Shown one piece after another: positions 1-10,801 of a stretch of 64,000 bases of DNA. Every line of letters begins with the position of its first letter. The stretch's first letter is position 1. The translations under genes and the position numbers were made by a program. The stretch comes from a candidate division FCPU426 bacterium (GTDB lineage Bacteria > Oederibacteriota > Muellerivitia > Muellerivitales > Muellerivitaceae): positions 64,001-128,000 of the forward strand of contig CAVYSE010000011.1 of NCBI GenBank assembly GCA_963771075.1. Direction: 5' to 3'. Under the pieces are notes generated by a model, which was not told the origin of the DNA, made no database searches, and was given only the letters and a program-made list of their open reading frames with translations.

Positions 1-1564
1 ACGCCGCCCTGAACAACGGCATCCACGTGGAGCATTTCTGCTACCACCGTTACCTGCCGGTGGCGGGTAACTGCCGCACCTGCATGGTGGAGATCAAGAC
101 CCCCAAGGGGCGCCAGCTCGTCATCGGGTGCAACACCCACGTGACCGAGGGCATGGTCATTTACACGAACTCGGAAAACGCCAAGACAGGCCCAAAAAAG
201 CGCCCTGGAAATGCTTCTCCTCGACCATCCGCTGGATTGCCCCATCTGCGACAAGGCCGGCGAGTGCAAACTCCAGGACCAGTACATGCAGGACGGCCAG
301 TACGATTTCCGCCGGTCCGTTCCCCGCTATTTCAAGGGCGGCAAGGCCGAGGACATCGGGGAGCACATTATCCTCGACCAGGAACGCTGCATTCTTTGCA
401 CCCGCTGCATCCGTTTCGTGGACGAGGTGCCGAAAACCTCCGAACTGTGCATCGTCAACCGGGGCCATGAGGCGAAACTCACGATTTTCCCGGGCCACCG
501 GCTGGACAACCCCTATTCGGGCAACGTGACGGATATCTGCCCGGTGGGGGCGCTGACGCTTGAAGGAGTTCCGGTTCAAGCAACGGGTGTGGTTCCTCAA
601 GAAAACCGAATCGGTCTGCCCGGGATGCGCGCGGGGTGCAACATCACCGTCGAGCAGAATCACGGCCATATTTTCCGCTTCATGCCGCGGGAGAACCCCG
701 AAGTCAACAAGACCTGGATCTGCGACGAGGGCCGGTTTTCCTTCCCCCATTACCAAGCCAACCGGCTGGAAGAATCCGGTTGGGCCATAAGGTCACTTCC
801 CTCGCAGGAGGGAATCATCCGGCTTTCCGAAATCCTTATCCGGGATGGGCAAGGATGAGGTGGCGGCTATCGCCTCCCCCTTCGCTTCCTTGGAAGACAA
901 TTACCTGTTAAAAAAATTATTCGAGAAGAAATTCAATCCCGTGAACCTGGCCGCTCCCCTTTGGATGAAAAAGGGCGAGGCCGACAAGATTTTGAGGCTG
1001 GCGGAGCGATATCCCAATGAGCAGGGCTTAAACCTTTTGGGAATCCCCACCCAAGCCGAGGCCTTGCTTGAAAAGATCGAGAAAGGGGTCTTCAAGGCCG
1101 TGATCGTGATGCATCAAGACCCCTTTGGCCAGGACCCGGAAAAGGCGAAGAAAATATACGGAAAGGTGAAAGCATTGGTGTCCCTTTCCGTTCATCAAAC
1201 CGATACCGCCAAGCAGGCCGCCATGGCCTTTCCTGCCCGGGCCTTCATCGAAAAGTCGGGAACTTTCGTGAACGCGCTCGGACGCCTCCAACGTTTCAAA
1301 CGGGCGGTGGAGCCGGGCCATCCGGATATCTTGGAAGCCTCATTATGGATTTGTGGACTGGGGAGGCAAATGGGCCTGGCCGGTTTCGACTTTGAGAACA
1401 CCCCCGCCGTGTTCAACGCTTTGGCGGGGGAAAACCCGATGCTCTCGGGCTTAACCTTTGAATCCATCCCGGCCATGGGAAAACAGTTATCCCTTGATTC
1501 CATCGCCCTCGACCCCTTCCTGGGCATTCAAGCCCAACCCAATATTTTTGAGGTGAAGGCGTGA
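1..1564 (+). CDS. nuoG: NADH-quinone oxidoreductase subunit G (5' end outside window; several frameshifts)
   Basis: Motifs HFCYH..AGNCRTC, HPLDCPICDKAGEC, RCILCTRC, DICPVGAL, SVCPGCARGC and WICDEGRF are spread over ORFs 27-470, 211-858, 560-790 and 845-1564; lies directly before nuoH. Confidence 0.9.
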
Positions 1565-2868
1565 GCCCGGAACTCTTTACCTTGATCAACCGGGGCGTCA
1601 TGACGGTGGTGGTTTGGATTATTCCCCTTTCCTTCATCCCCTTTTTCATCTGGCTGGAGCGTAAGGGAAGCGCCATCATCCAGGACCGGGTCGGCCCGGA
1701 CCGCACTAACATCCTGGGAGTCCGACTGCTGGGGTACATCCAGAATTTCGCGGATACACTCAAACTCCTGATGAAGGAAAACCTCACCCCCGGCAAGTCC
1801 TATGGCTTTTATTTCCTGTTGGCGCCCTTCTGGTCCATGACCATCGCCCTTTTGCCCCTTTTGGTGGTTCCCCTTGCCTCGCCCATGGATTTTTTAGGCC
1901 AAACGGTTCGGTTCCAGGCCGCCAATTTCGACGTGGGCGTTCTCTACATCTTCGCCATCACCAGCATGGGGGTGTTCGGCGTGATCTTGGCGGGGTGGTC
2001 CTCCAACAACAAGTTCGCGCTTCTGGGGGGCCTGCGATCCTCGGCCCAGATGATCTCCTACGAGCTTTCGATGGGATTGGCTCTGGTGAGCCTGTTAATG
2101 GTGTACCAGGGCGTGCGCATGGACGGGATCGTGGAGGCCCAGGGAAATCCCCTGTCCTTTTTCGGCGTCACCCTTCCCTTACCGGGATGGGGAATCTTCC
2201 TACAGCCGGTCGCCTTTCTCCTTTTTCTCGTCTCGGGTTTCGCCGAAACCAACCGCAATCCTTTCGACCTGGCCGAGGGGGAAAGCGAGCTGGTGGCGGG
2301 ATATCACGTGGAATATTCCAGCGTGAAGTTCGCCCTCTTTTTCATGGCCGAGTACGTCAACATGGCGGTGGTGGCCTTTATCCTTTCCACCCTTTTTCTG
2401 GGAGGCTACCAGGTTCCCTTCGCCCCCACCGAGGTCCTCAAGGCCAACCCTCAGCTGGCTCTCGGAATCTGGGGCGCGATCCTCCTGGCGGGCGGGGTGA
2501 TTTTCGGCTACTTTCTCTTCCTCCAGGCTAAAGCGCAAAAACACCGCTACGAGGGCGTCAAGAAATGGGAACCCTACCTGTTGTCCCTGGCCGCGTTCGG
2601 GAAGGGCCTGGCCGGTTTGGCGGCAATCCTTTGGAGCCTCCTGGGTGGACCCTTGCCCGGGCCCATCGCGGCCCTCGTCGTGCCGGTCGTGCAGGTGACC
2701 TGCCTGATCCTCAAAGTCTTCTTTTTCTGCTGGCTTTTCGTGTGGGTGCGGTGGACCCTGCCCCGGTTCCGCTACGACCAGCTCATGCGCATGGGTTGGA
2801 AGCTCATGCTGCCCCTGGCCATGCTGAACCTGTTGGTCACCGGAATCTTGATTCTGGTTCAGAAATGA
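1561..2868 (+). CDS. nuoH: NADH-quinone oxidoreductase subunit H
   Basis: ERK..A.IQDRVGP, GGLRSSAQMISYE, AETNRNPFDLAEGESELVAGYHVEYS, LPRFRYDQLM. Confidence 0.97.
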   Translation: MSPELFTLINRGVMTVVVWIIPLSFIPFFIWLERKGSAIIQDRVGPDRTNILGVRLLGYIQNFADTLKLLMKENLTPGKSYGFYFLLAPFWSMTIALLPLLVVPLASPMDFLGQTVRFQAANFDVGVLYIFAITSMGVFGVILAGWSSNNKFALLGGLRSSAQMISYELSMGLALVSLLMVYQGVRMDGIVEAQGNPLSFFGVTLPLPGWGIFLQPVAFLLFLVSGFAETNRNPFDLAEGESELVAGYHVEYSSVKFALFFMAEYVNMAVVAFILSTLFLGGYQVPFAPTEVLKANPQLALGIWGAILLAGGVIFGYFLFLQAKAQKHRYEGVKKWEPYLLSLAAFGKGLAGLAAILWSLLGGPLPGPIAALVVPVVQVTCLILKVFFFCWLFVWVRWTLPRFRYDQLMRMGWKLMLPLAMLNLLVTGILILVQK

Positions 2869-2894
2869 GAATTTTGTTTAAAGCTTTTTCTTCG

Positions 2895-2941
2895 CTGCCG
2901 ACTGCGAACTGTGGACTGCCATCTGCTTTTGAGAGGTTTAA
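2895..2941. repeat. Heptamer tandem repeat (CTGCCGA CTGCGAA CTGTGGA CTGCCAT) followed by TGCTTTTGAGAGG RBS block
   Basis: Seen directly in the nuoH-nuoI spacer; related sequence at 3544-3594. Confidence 0.7.
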
Positions 2942-3487
2942 ATGAGGATTGTTCCCCGGCCCGGGATCAAGGGCCTCCAACGGATCTACGTGATCCAGGT
3001 CCTCCAAGGCCTGCTGGTGACCTTGCGCCATGTGGCTAGAAACCTGCTCCACCCCGGCAAACTGCCCGTGGTGTATTACCCCGAGGAAAGAAAACACCTT
3101 CCCCCCGCTATGCGGGGCAGGCACCGGCTGATGAAGCGGGAAGGCGGGGAACCCCGGTGCACCGCCTGCATGCTTTGCGCCACCGCTTGCCCGGCCGAAT
3201 GCATCCATATCCTGGCCGCCCCCGCGCCTGACAATGAAATTGAAAAATACCCGGCGAAATTCGACATCGACATGTTGCGCTGCGTTTTTTGCGGCTTTTG
3301 CGTGGAAGCCTGCCCCCTGGACGCCATCCGCATGGACGTGCCGGAGATCGCTATCACCGATTACACGAGGGAAAGTTTGGTATACCACAAGGAATTTCTC
3401 ATGGACCACCACAACGAGGAATACGCCCCGGGTTATAATCCCCCCCGGCCCGTGAAGTGGACCCACGGCGACCACGCAAGACCTTGA
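2942..3487 (+). CDS. nuoI: NADH-quinone oxidoreductase subunit I
   Basis: YPEE..RGRH, CTACMLCATACP, CVFCGFCVEACP. Confidence 0.97.
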   Translation: MRIVPRPGIKGLQRIYVIQVLQGLLVTLRHVARNLLHPGKLPVVYYPEERKHLPPAMRGRHRLMKREGGEPRCTACMLCATACPAECIHILAAPAPDNEIEKYPAKFDIDMLRCVFCGFCVEACPLDAIRMDVPEIAITDYTRESLVYHKEFLMDHHNEEYAPGYNPPRPVKWTHGDHARP

Positions 3488-3491
3488 ACGT

Positions 3492-3573
3492 CAGTCCGCG
3501 GTCGACAGTCAACCGTCGACAGCAAAAGCCTAAAGATTGGGTGGCTGTGGACTGCCGACTGTAGACTGTCGAC
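3492..3573. repeat. Inverted pair of heptamer tandem repeats
   Basis: Left arm CAGTCCG CGGTCGA CAGTCAA CCGTCGA CAGC; right arm GCTG TGGACTG CCGACTG TAGACTG TCGAC. Confidence 0.8.
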
Positions 3574-3594
3574 AAAATGCTTTGAGAGGTTTCG

Positions 3595-4098
3595 ATGATT
3601 GAAGCGGTTTTGTTTTATATCCTAGCGGCGGTTTTACTGGGCATGGGTCTCCTCGTCATTACAAGGACCAACCCCATCGCCTCGGCGCTGGCCCTGGTGG
3701 GGGCCTTCGCGGCCCTGGCGGGGCTCTACGCCATGCAATCCGCCCAACTGGCGGCCATCCTGCAGGTCCTGGTTTACGCCGGCGGGATCATGGTGCTGAT
3801 GCTTTTTGTCATCATGCTCTTGAACCTGCCTCCCCAGGCATTGGAGCCCCTGAAGGCCCGGAGCATGGCGGTGGTCCTCGCGATATTATCCGTGACGGCC
3901 CTGCTGGGCGCGCCCCTTGCGGGCGTTCTATTTGCGGTGAGACCGGGAGCCGCTCCGGCCCTCGCCGTTGATTTCGGGGAAGTTTCCGGCATTGGGGGCA
4001 AGCTTTTCGCCGACTACCTGTTCCCTTTCGAGGCCTTGTCTTTGTTATTGCTGGCGGCGGTTGTGGGAGCCTTAGTATTAGTGAAGAAGAAATTGTGA
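3595..4098 (+). CDS. nuoJ: NADH-quinone oxidoreductase subunit J
   Basis: NPIASAL, QVLVYAGGIMVLMLFVIML, YLFPFE. Confidence 0.96.
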   Translation: MIEAVLFYILAAVLLGMGLLVITRTNPIASALALVGAFAALAGLYAMQSAQLAAILQVLVYAGGIMVLMLFVIMLLNLPPQALEPLKARSMAVVLAILSVTALLGAPLAGVLFAVRPGAAPALAVDFGEVSGIGGKLFADYLFPFEALSLLLLAAVVGALVLVKKKL

Positions 4099-4150
4099 CC
4101 AACGTTTTGAGGAAATAAATTCAAGAGGCCCAAAGGGGCCAGAGGAATAC

Positions 4151-4468
4151 ATGGATCTAATTTACCCTGTCACGCCGGCCCATTACCTGGTACTCTCGGC
4201 GGCCCTTTTCACCCTGGGAGTGGCGGGGGCCCTGTCCCGGCGCAACCTCTTCGTGTTGTTGATGTCGCTGGAACTGATGCTTAACGCCGTCAATTTGTCC
4301 TTTGTCACCTTTTCCCGCATGAACGGGGAGATGTCGGGACAAGTGGTGGTTTTGTTCGTGGTGGCGGTGGCCGCCGCGGAAGCCTGCGTGGGGTTGGCCC
4401 TGGTGCTCGCCTATTACCGGCTGGGTGAATCGGTGGACGTAGACCTTTTAAAGACCCTCAAAGGATAG
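4151..4468 (+). CDS. nuoK: NADH-quinone oxidoreductase subunit K
   Basis: RRN..LMSLELMLNAVN, VAAAEACVGLA. Confidence 0.97.
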   Translation: MDLIYPVTPAHYLVLSAALFTLGVAGALSRRNLFVLLMSLELMLNAVNLSFVTFSRMNGEMSGQVVVLFVVAVAAAEACVGLALVLAYYRLGESVDVDLLKTLKG

Positions 4469-4471
4469 ACC

Positions 4472-6454
4472 TTGCTGAACATGGAACATCTTCAAATTCT
4501 TTCCCGGGTGCCCTACGGGTGGCTTTGGTTGATTCCTGCCCTGCCCCTTTTCGGCGCGGTCCTGAACGGGTTCTTGACCCTGATTCAACGCGGCAAACCC
4601 GGCAGGATTCCCGAGTGGTTATTCAGCCTGATCGCCTGTTCGGGAGCTTTTGGGTCCTTCCTCGCGGCCTGGGCCGCCTTTACTCAGTTTAAGACCCTGC
4701 CGGAAAGTTCCATCCTGACCCAGGATCTAGGCCTTTGGATTGAAACCCAGGCCTTCCAGACCCATTTCACCCTCCAACTGGACAGCCTCTCCATGGCTAT
4801 GGTGATTTTTATCACCTTCGTTTCCAGTTTGATCCACCTCTACTCGGTGGGTTACATGAAGGGCGATCAGGGGTTTGGCCGTTTCTTCACTTACATGAAT
4901 ATATTCCTGTTCTCCATGCTTGTTCTGGTGATCGCCGACAATCTCCTCCTTCTGTTCCTGGGATGGGAGGGAGTGGGGTTTTGTTCCTACCTGTTGATCG
5001 CATTCTGGTTCGGCGACGAGGCCAAGGCGGCGGCGGGAAAAAAGGCCATCATCGTGAACCGAATTGGAGATGCCGGATTTCTGGCCGGGCTTTTGATCGT
5101 TTATAACTTGACGGGAACCCTCAACTTTGAGGGTTTGCAAGAACATAAACTTGTCTTTACGGAGCTTACCGCCACCCTGGCTTGTCTTTGCTTCTTCTTT
5201 GGTGCAGCGGGGAAATCCGCACAAATACCCCTCTATGTTTGGCTGCCTGACGCAATGGCGGGCCCCACGCCCGTTTCAGCCCTCATCCACGCCGCCACCA
5301 TGGTGACTGCTGGGGTTTATCTGGTGGCCCGGTTGCATTTCCTTTATGTGCTGGCACCCTGGGCTTCCCTGGTCGTGGCGGTATTGGGGGCCTTGACCGC
5401 CCTCATGGCCGCTTCCATTGCCCTCGCGCAAAATGACATCAAAAAGGTCTTGGCCTATTCCACCATTTCCCAGCTGGGTTACATGTTTCTGGGCGTGGGC
5501 GTGGGCGGTTATAGCGCCGGGATTTTCCATCTCATCACCCACGGATTTTTTAAAGCCGCCCTTTTCCTGGGAGCGGGTTCGGTCATTCATTCCATGAGCG
5601 GTGAACAGGACGTGCGGAAAATGGGGGGATTGTTGAAACACCTGCCCTTTACCAGCCTGGCCTTTCTGCTTTCATGGCTGGCCCTGACAGGGGTTGTTCC
5701 TTTTTGTGGAGGCTTCTTCAGCAAAGACGAAATTTTATGGCGCGCTCTTGCCACGCCCAATCCGCTTTTCGCCCCTCTCCCTGAGATTCTTTATTTCATC
5801 GGCCTTTTTACGGCTTTCCTCACGGGTTTTTACATGACCCGATTGGTGGCCCTGGTCTTTTTTGGGGAGTTTAAGGGAACGCCGGAAGCACTGAAACACC
5901 TCCATGAGTCGCCCCGGATCATGACCTGGCCCCTGATGTTTTTGGCTGTTCTTTCCCTGCCCATCGGTTGGCTGGGGACCCCCGTGGCCATTGGCGGCGG
6001 TGATACCCTGGGCAAGTTCCTGGAGCCCCTCTTTCGCCTTTCATCCCTGGAGCCCAATGCCCTGAGCCCCCGCTTGGAACCCGTTCTTATGTTCCTTTCC
6101 CTTTTGGTGGCGCTGCTAGGCGTGGGATCGGCCTGGTACATTTATGGGTTGAAGCACCTAGTGAGCCCTAAGCTTTTAAGATTGATCCCGGGCGGTCCCA
6201 AGGCCTTGGAACAAAAATATTACGTGGATGAGATTTACGAAACCACCGTGGTTCGTTGGGTGAAATGGTTCGCGCGAGCTGTTTCCAACTGGTTGATTGA
6301 GAAACTTCTGGTCAACCGACTCTTGGATATCTTCGTGGAAACGGGGACTTTATTGGGCCGATGGTTCCAAAAAACCCAAATGGGCCTGCTGAGGGTTTAC
6401 CTGGCCTACGTGGCCTTGGGTGCGGCCTTGCTGGTTTACCTGGCCCTTCGATAG
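4472..6454 (+). CDS. nuoL: NADH-quinone oxidoreductase subunit L
   Basis: GWEGVG, NRIGD, GKSAQIPLYVWLPDAMAGPTPVSALIHAATMV; start may be ATG 4481. Confidence 0.97.
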   Translation: MLNMEHLQILSRVPYGWLWLIPALPLFGAVLNGFLTLIQRGKPGRIPEWLFSLIACSGAFGSFLAAWAAFTQFKTLPESSILTQDLGLWIETQAFQTHFTLQLDSLSMAMVIFITFVSSLIHLYSVGYMKGDQGFGRFFTYMNIFLFSMLVLVIADNLLLLFLGWEGVGFCSYLLIAFWFGDEAKAAAGKKAIIVNRIGDAGFLAGLLIVYNLTGTLNFEGLQEHKLVFTELTATLACLCFFFGAAGKSAQIPLYVWLPDAMAGPTPVSALIHAATMVTAGVYLVARLHFLYVLAPWASLVVAVLGALTALMAASIALAQNDIKKVLAYSTISQLGYMFLGVGVGGYSAGIFHLITHGFFKAALFLGAGSVIHSMSGEQDVRKMGGLLKHLPFTSLAFLLSWLALTGVVPFCGGFFSKDEILWRALATPNPLFAPLPEILYFIGLFTAFLTGFYMTRLVALVFFGEFKGTPEALKHLHESPRIMTWPLMFLAVLSLPIGWLGTPVAIGGGDTLGKFLEPLFRLSSLEPNALSPRLEPVLMFLSLLVALLGVGSAWYIYGLKHLVSPKLLRLIPGGPKALEQKYYVDEIYETTVVRWVKWFARAVSNWLIEKLLVNRLLDIFVETGTLLGRWFQKTQMGLLRVYLAYVALGAALLVYLALR

Positions 6455-6552
6455 AAGGCAGATGTTTGCAAAAAGCCAATGGGCTAACAGCTGATAGGGT
6501 TGAATTGATGAAGTGGATTGAATCGTGATTTAGTTTGCTGAAGGGATAATTC

Positions 6553-8088
6553 GTGACTCTAACACTCATGATCGCTATACCGGCCGTGGCGGCCTTTTTC
6601 GCGGCCCTTTCGCCGGTGCCCAAGGGATCCAAGGTATTGGCCCTGCTGGCCTCCCTCGGTGTATTAATTCTTTCCTATCCCCTGTTGGCCGGGTTTGATC
6701 TTTCCAACGGCGGGTTCCAATTCAAGGAAGACGCGCCTCTTCTTCCCAATCTGGGGATTCACTACAGTTTGGGGCTGGATGGCCTTTCCCTATGGTTCGT
6801 GGTTTTAACCGCCTTTGTCACGCCGTTGGCCATTCTGGGGAGTTTTAAGGGAATTCAAAAAAATATTCGCGGATATTTCGCTTGCATGCTTTTATTGGAA
6901 TCCGCCATGTTGGGCACCCTGGCCGCCCGGGACCTGTTCCTTTTTTACCTTTTCTGGGAGCTCATGCTTATCCCCGTCTTTTTCCTGATCGGGGTTTGGG
7001 GAGGGCCGGACCGGGTGAGGGCCACGGTTAAGTTTGTCCTCTTTACCCTTTTTGGTTCGCTCCTGATGTTGGTGGCCCTGCTTTACATTACCCATGAGGC
7101 CCATAGCTTTGACTACAGCGTCATGCTGGACCACCATTTCGCGGAGGATGTGCAGTTCTGGTGTTTCCTCGCTTTCGCGCTGGCCTTTCTCATCAAGGTG
7201 CCGATGTTCCCGCTGCATGGCTGGCTTCCCGACGCTTACGCCGAGGCGCCAGCGGGTGTCACGGTGATGCTTTCGGCCATCATGGTCAAGCTGGGCGCTT
7301 ACGGGTTCTTACGGTTCTGCCCGGCTCTTTTTCCAGCCGCCGCCAAGGCTTTCGCTCCATGGCTTCTGGCCCTGGCTTTGGTTGGGGTGCTGCATGGGGC
7401 GCTCATGGCCACCATCCAGACGGACTTTAAAAGGCTGGCCGCCTATTCCTCCCTTTCCCATATGGGGATGGCGCTATTGGGTTTGCTGACCTTTACCTTG
7501 GCGGGTCTGCAGGCTGGTGTTTTCCTCATGGTGGCCCATGGGGTGTACATGGCAGGGTTGTTCCTGGTCATGGGATATCTCGAGGATCGCCGGGGTTCCC
7601 GGATCATGGCCGATTTTGGCGGGATGGCCCAAACTTCTCCCTTGCTCGCGGTCTTTTTCCTTTGGCTCATGGCAGCGGCGGTGGGCCTGCCGGGACTCGC
7701 CGGATTCGTGGGAGAGATTTTGGTCTTGATCTCCTTGTTCAAGGCCAATTCTTTTTTCGCAATACTGGCGCTGGCGGGGTTCATTCTTTCAGCCTGGTAC
7801 TTTTTCAACCTTTATGGGCGTCTTTTTTTCGGGGCGTCTAAAGATCCGAAATTATCCCCGTCACCGTCCTCGGACCTGGGCTTGGGGGAAACCTTGTCCC
7901 TGATACCTTTGGCCCTGCTGGTGTTATGGCTTGGTATCGCGCCCAATAATATTCTCCGCCCCATTGAGAAATCACTCCAAATGAACGTGATTGAGAGGCT
8001 CAAACCCCCACCCGAGATGACGGACTTTGCCGCCCGACAGCGTTATGAAGAGGAAATCAAAAGGGACCAACGGGAGAAGCGCAAATGA
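6553..8088 (+). CDS. nuoM: NADH-quinone oxidoreductase subunit M
   Basis: LFYLFWELMLIP, IKVPMFPLHGWLPDA, AYSSLSHMG, GLPGLAGFVGE. Confidence 0.97.
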   Translation: MTLTLMIAIPAVAAFFAALSPVPKGSKVLALLASLGVLILSYPLLAGFDLSNGGFQFKEDAPLLPNLGIHYSLGLDGLSLWFVVLTAFVTPLAILGSFKGIQKNIRGYFACMLLLESAMLGTLAARDLFLFYLFWELMLIPVFFLIGVWGGPDRVRATVKFVLFTLFGSLLMLVALLYITHEAHSFDYSVMLDHHFAEDVQFWCFLAFALAFLIKVPMFPLHGWLPDAYAEAPAGVTVMLSAIMVKLGAYGFLRFCPALFPAAAKAFAPWLLALALVGVLHGALMATIQTDFKRLAAYSSLSHMGMALLGLLTFTLAGLQAGVFLMVAHGVYMAGLFLVMGYLEDRRGSRIMADFGGMAQTSPLLAVFFLWLMAAAVGLPGLAGFVGEILVLISLFKANSFFAILALAGFILSAWYFFNLYGRLFFGASKDPKLSPSPSSDLGLGETLSLIPLALLVLWLGIAPNNILRPIEKSLQMNVIERLKPPPEMTDFAARQRYEEEIKRDQREKRK

Positions 8089-9527
8089 ACATCACCTCCT
8101 TGGATTTGCAAGGAATCCTCCCCCTTTGGATCATTTCTTTTGGGGTCCTGGCCTTGTTGTTATTGGAGGCGGTGGGGAAGGAAGCCGGCCGTCGTTCGGC
8201 GCCTCTCCTCACAGGAACGTTCCTCCTCGCCTCGATAGCTTCCGTTTTCCATATTCTTTCCCAAAGACCGCTACCCGGACTCCTGTTTCAAGGCTGCGTG
8301 GTGGTAGATCTCTATTCCACCACTCTCATGGGAATCTGCCTGGTGTCCGGTTTTCTTTGCCTGCTTTTTTCGGTTTCCTATTTAGAAAGGGAAAGGGCGG
8401 TAACGGGAGAGTATTACGTTCTCCTTTTATTGGCGGTTTCGGGGATGATCGTATTGACCGTATCCGCCGATTTTTTGACTCTCTTCGTCGGAATAGAATT
8501 GATGTCCCTATCCTCTTATGTTTTGGCGGGTTACCTGCGAAACCGGGCCCGGGCGATTGAGGCGGCCATGAAATATTTCCTTTCGGGGGTCTTTTCCTCG
8601 GGTTTTCTTTTATATGGAATCGCGATGTTTTACGGAGTCACTGGCTCGTTAAGGTTCGTGGAACTACGCCATGCCTTAGAAATGGGAAAGTCCCCGGTTT
8701 TGATCGCTCTGGGGGCAGGACTGGTTCTGGTCGGATTTGGTTTCAAGATTGCGGCGGTACCCTTCCATGCCTGGGCGCCGGATGTTTATGACGGGGCTCC
8801 TGCTCCCGTTTCAGCCATCCTTTCCACGGGCGTCAAGACGGCGGCTGTGGGGATTTTGGCCCGCGTCCTGGTGGAAGCGCTGGGTCTTCCTGGATCCTGG
8901 ACTATGATCCTTGCGGTTTTGGCGGTTTTGACCATGACCTTGGGCAACCTGGGGGCCTTGAACCAGACAAATCTCAAGCGGTTGTTGGGTTTTTCCAGCG
9001 TGGCGCATGCCGGTTATCTCTTGGTTGGGTTGTCGGTGGCTTCGAGTGCTCCCGCCGACCAAGTGGAGCGAGCGGTTGCCTTTTATTTGCTGGCCTATAC
9101 CCTCATGACCTCTGGCGCTTTTGGCTTTATCGCCTGGGCCTCCCAAACCGAATCCGCTTCGAATTTTCACGGGGGGGAAAGGGTTGATCTTGAGGATTTT
9201 AAGGGGTTCGGGCTGGATCATCCCTGGATGGGTGGAGCGCTGGCGATCTTCCTCTTTTCACTGGCGGGCATGACCCCCATGGCGGGCTTTTTTGGGAAAT
9301 ATTTTCTTTTCAAGCTGGCCGTGGATCAAGGACAGTTGGGCTTGGTGATTGTCGCGGTATTGAACAGCTTTCTCTCGGCTTTTTATTATCTTCGCGCGGC
9401 GGCTGTCCTTTACCAAAAACCATTAACAGAAAACAAGGTCCTCGCGATCAGCCCTGGAACGGGGTTAGCGCTTCTTCTATGCTCCCTGGGCACCCTGGCC
9501 CTGGGATTCCTGAAGTTTCCTTTTTAG
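8085..9527 (+). CDS. nuoN: NADH-quinone oxidoreductase subunit N
   Basis: EAAMKYF, FKIAAVPFHAWAPDVYDGAP, KRLLGFSSVAHAGY. Confidence 0.97.
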   Translation: MNITSLDLQGILPLWIISFGVLALLLLEAVGKEAGRRSAPLLTGTFLLASIASVFHILSQRPLPGLLFQGCVVVDLYSTTLMGICLVSGFLCLLFSVSYLERERAVTGEYYVLLLLAVSGMIVLTVSADFLTLFVGIELMSLSSYVLAGYLRNRARAIEAAMKYFLSGVFSSGFLLYGIAMFYGVTGSLRFVELRHALEMGKSPVLIALGAGLVLVGFGFKIAAVPFHAWAPDVYDGAPAPVSAILSTGVKTAAVGILARVLVEALGLPGSWTMILAVLAVLTMTLGNLGALNQTNLKRLLGFSSVAHAGYLLVGLSVASSAPADQVERAVAFYLLAYTLMTSGAFGFIAWASQTESASNFHGGERVDLEDFKGFGLDHPWMGGALAIFLFSLAGMTPMAGFFGKYFLFKLAVDQGQLGLVIVAVLNSFLSAFYYLRAAAVLYQKPLTENKVLAISPGTGLALLLCSLGTLALGFLKFPF

Positions 9528-9565
9528 AAAGTTCAAGCCCGAGGGGCTGTCCCGTCCTTTTACGA

Positions 9566-10698
9566 TCATCCCACCCAATAGTTCAGGGAATGGGCGATCA
9601 GGAGAGATGCCTGGGCCAGGAAACTGCAAGCGAGAAGGCTTTTTTTGATCCCCTCCTTCTTGGGTTTTAACGCCAGCCAAATAAAAAACGGAAACAAAAC
9701 TGAAGCATAACGGATGTAACTCATCAAGTCGCTCAAAAGAGCGGGAACCACGCCTAAAATCAAAGTGTAGAGGAATAATTCCCTTCCCACATGGCGGTAA
9801 AGGGATGGCAGGGCCGCAAGGACAAACACGAAAAGGGCGCGATTGAGAAAACTGTTTTGAGGGCCGTTCCAGGTATAGGGATTTCGGATGAAATTTTCCA
9901 CAAACCATGCCCAGGGATTGAGGAAATTCTCAAACCGGTTGTGGGATACGAAATAATGCTGGGCTAAAAATCCGGTAAAAATAATCCCCGGTCCAGTATT
10001 TCATCAAAACAGGTAAAGACCAAAACCTCCAAGGAAGGCCAGCAGCGTCCCAAGCCTTCCCGCCCAGGGATTCCGGGGATCTTCCAACCTTGTGTTTCCC
10101 CATGGAATTATTACGAGGGCGATCAGGATGCCTGTGGGCCTTGAGAGGGAAATCAGGAACGCGCTCGAAACAACAGGAAGCCAATCCCCCCGGCGGAAAT
10201 AATAGAAGAAAGCTAATACGTAGAAAGAGAAAAAGAGACTCGGTGTAAATAAGCCCAGAGTAAAAGGCGGTTGGGAAAGGCCAGGCACCAAAGACAGGCC
10301 CGCATGGCGATTTCGTCACCCCAAAGGTCACTTGCCAGCAGGAATAGAAAGACGGAGGCCAAGAGGGCAAACAAAAGGGACAACAAGAGGCCCGATATCC
10401 AGGGGGCCAGGCCAGTAGGGACGGTGAAAAAACGAATAAGAAAAGGCAGAAGTGGAAAAAAAGCATTGCTGGGTTCACCCGCGTGATAACCATGGGCCGC
10501 GAGGTAAAGGTAATGCTGGGCATCCCAGGTTTGATAAGCCGAGAGCAGGGTGGGGGGTTCCTGGGAGGGATCATGGAAATTGGCCAGGTAGTTCCCGCTT
10601 TGAAATGGGAATAACCGGTAACCGAGGAAAATCACCCCCCAAATCGAGAGTTTGACCAGGAAAGTGATTCCCAGAACCCGGGCCAGGCCCTTTTGCAT
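9566..10698 (-). CDS. PIG-V/mannosyltransferase-family GT-C membrane glycosyltransferase (multiple frameshifts)
   Basis: WDAQHYLYLAAHGY..AFFPLLP, YTESLF and RPTG motifs split across ORFs 10213-10698, 9930-10574, 10004-10291 and 9566-9901. Confidence 0.75.
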
Positions 10699-10801
10699 GT
10701 TGCGTCATCCCTTCCCGATGGGTAGAGAGGTTGATTCCCGCCCCAAAGGTTGTTAAACCAAAGCTGCACCAGCGATTATCCCTTAAAAACGGAGGTTTGG
10801 C

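Noticed and set aside
180..850. Programmed frameshifting in nuoG
   Set aside because: Several shifts, including a compensating pair, with no consistent slippery signal; error is simpler
3492..3573. Short repeats as a CRISPR array
   Set aside because: 7-nt units with no unique spacers and no cas genes; the same holds for all other repeats in the window
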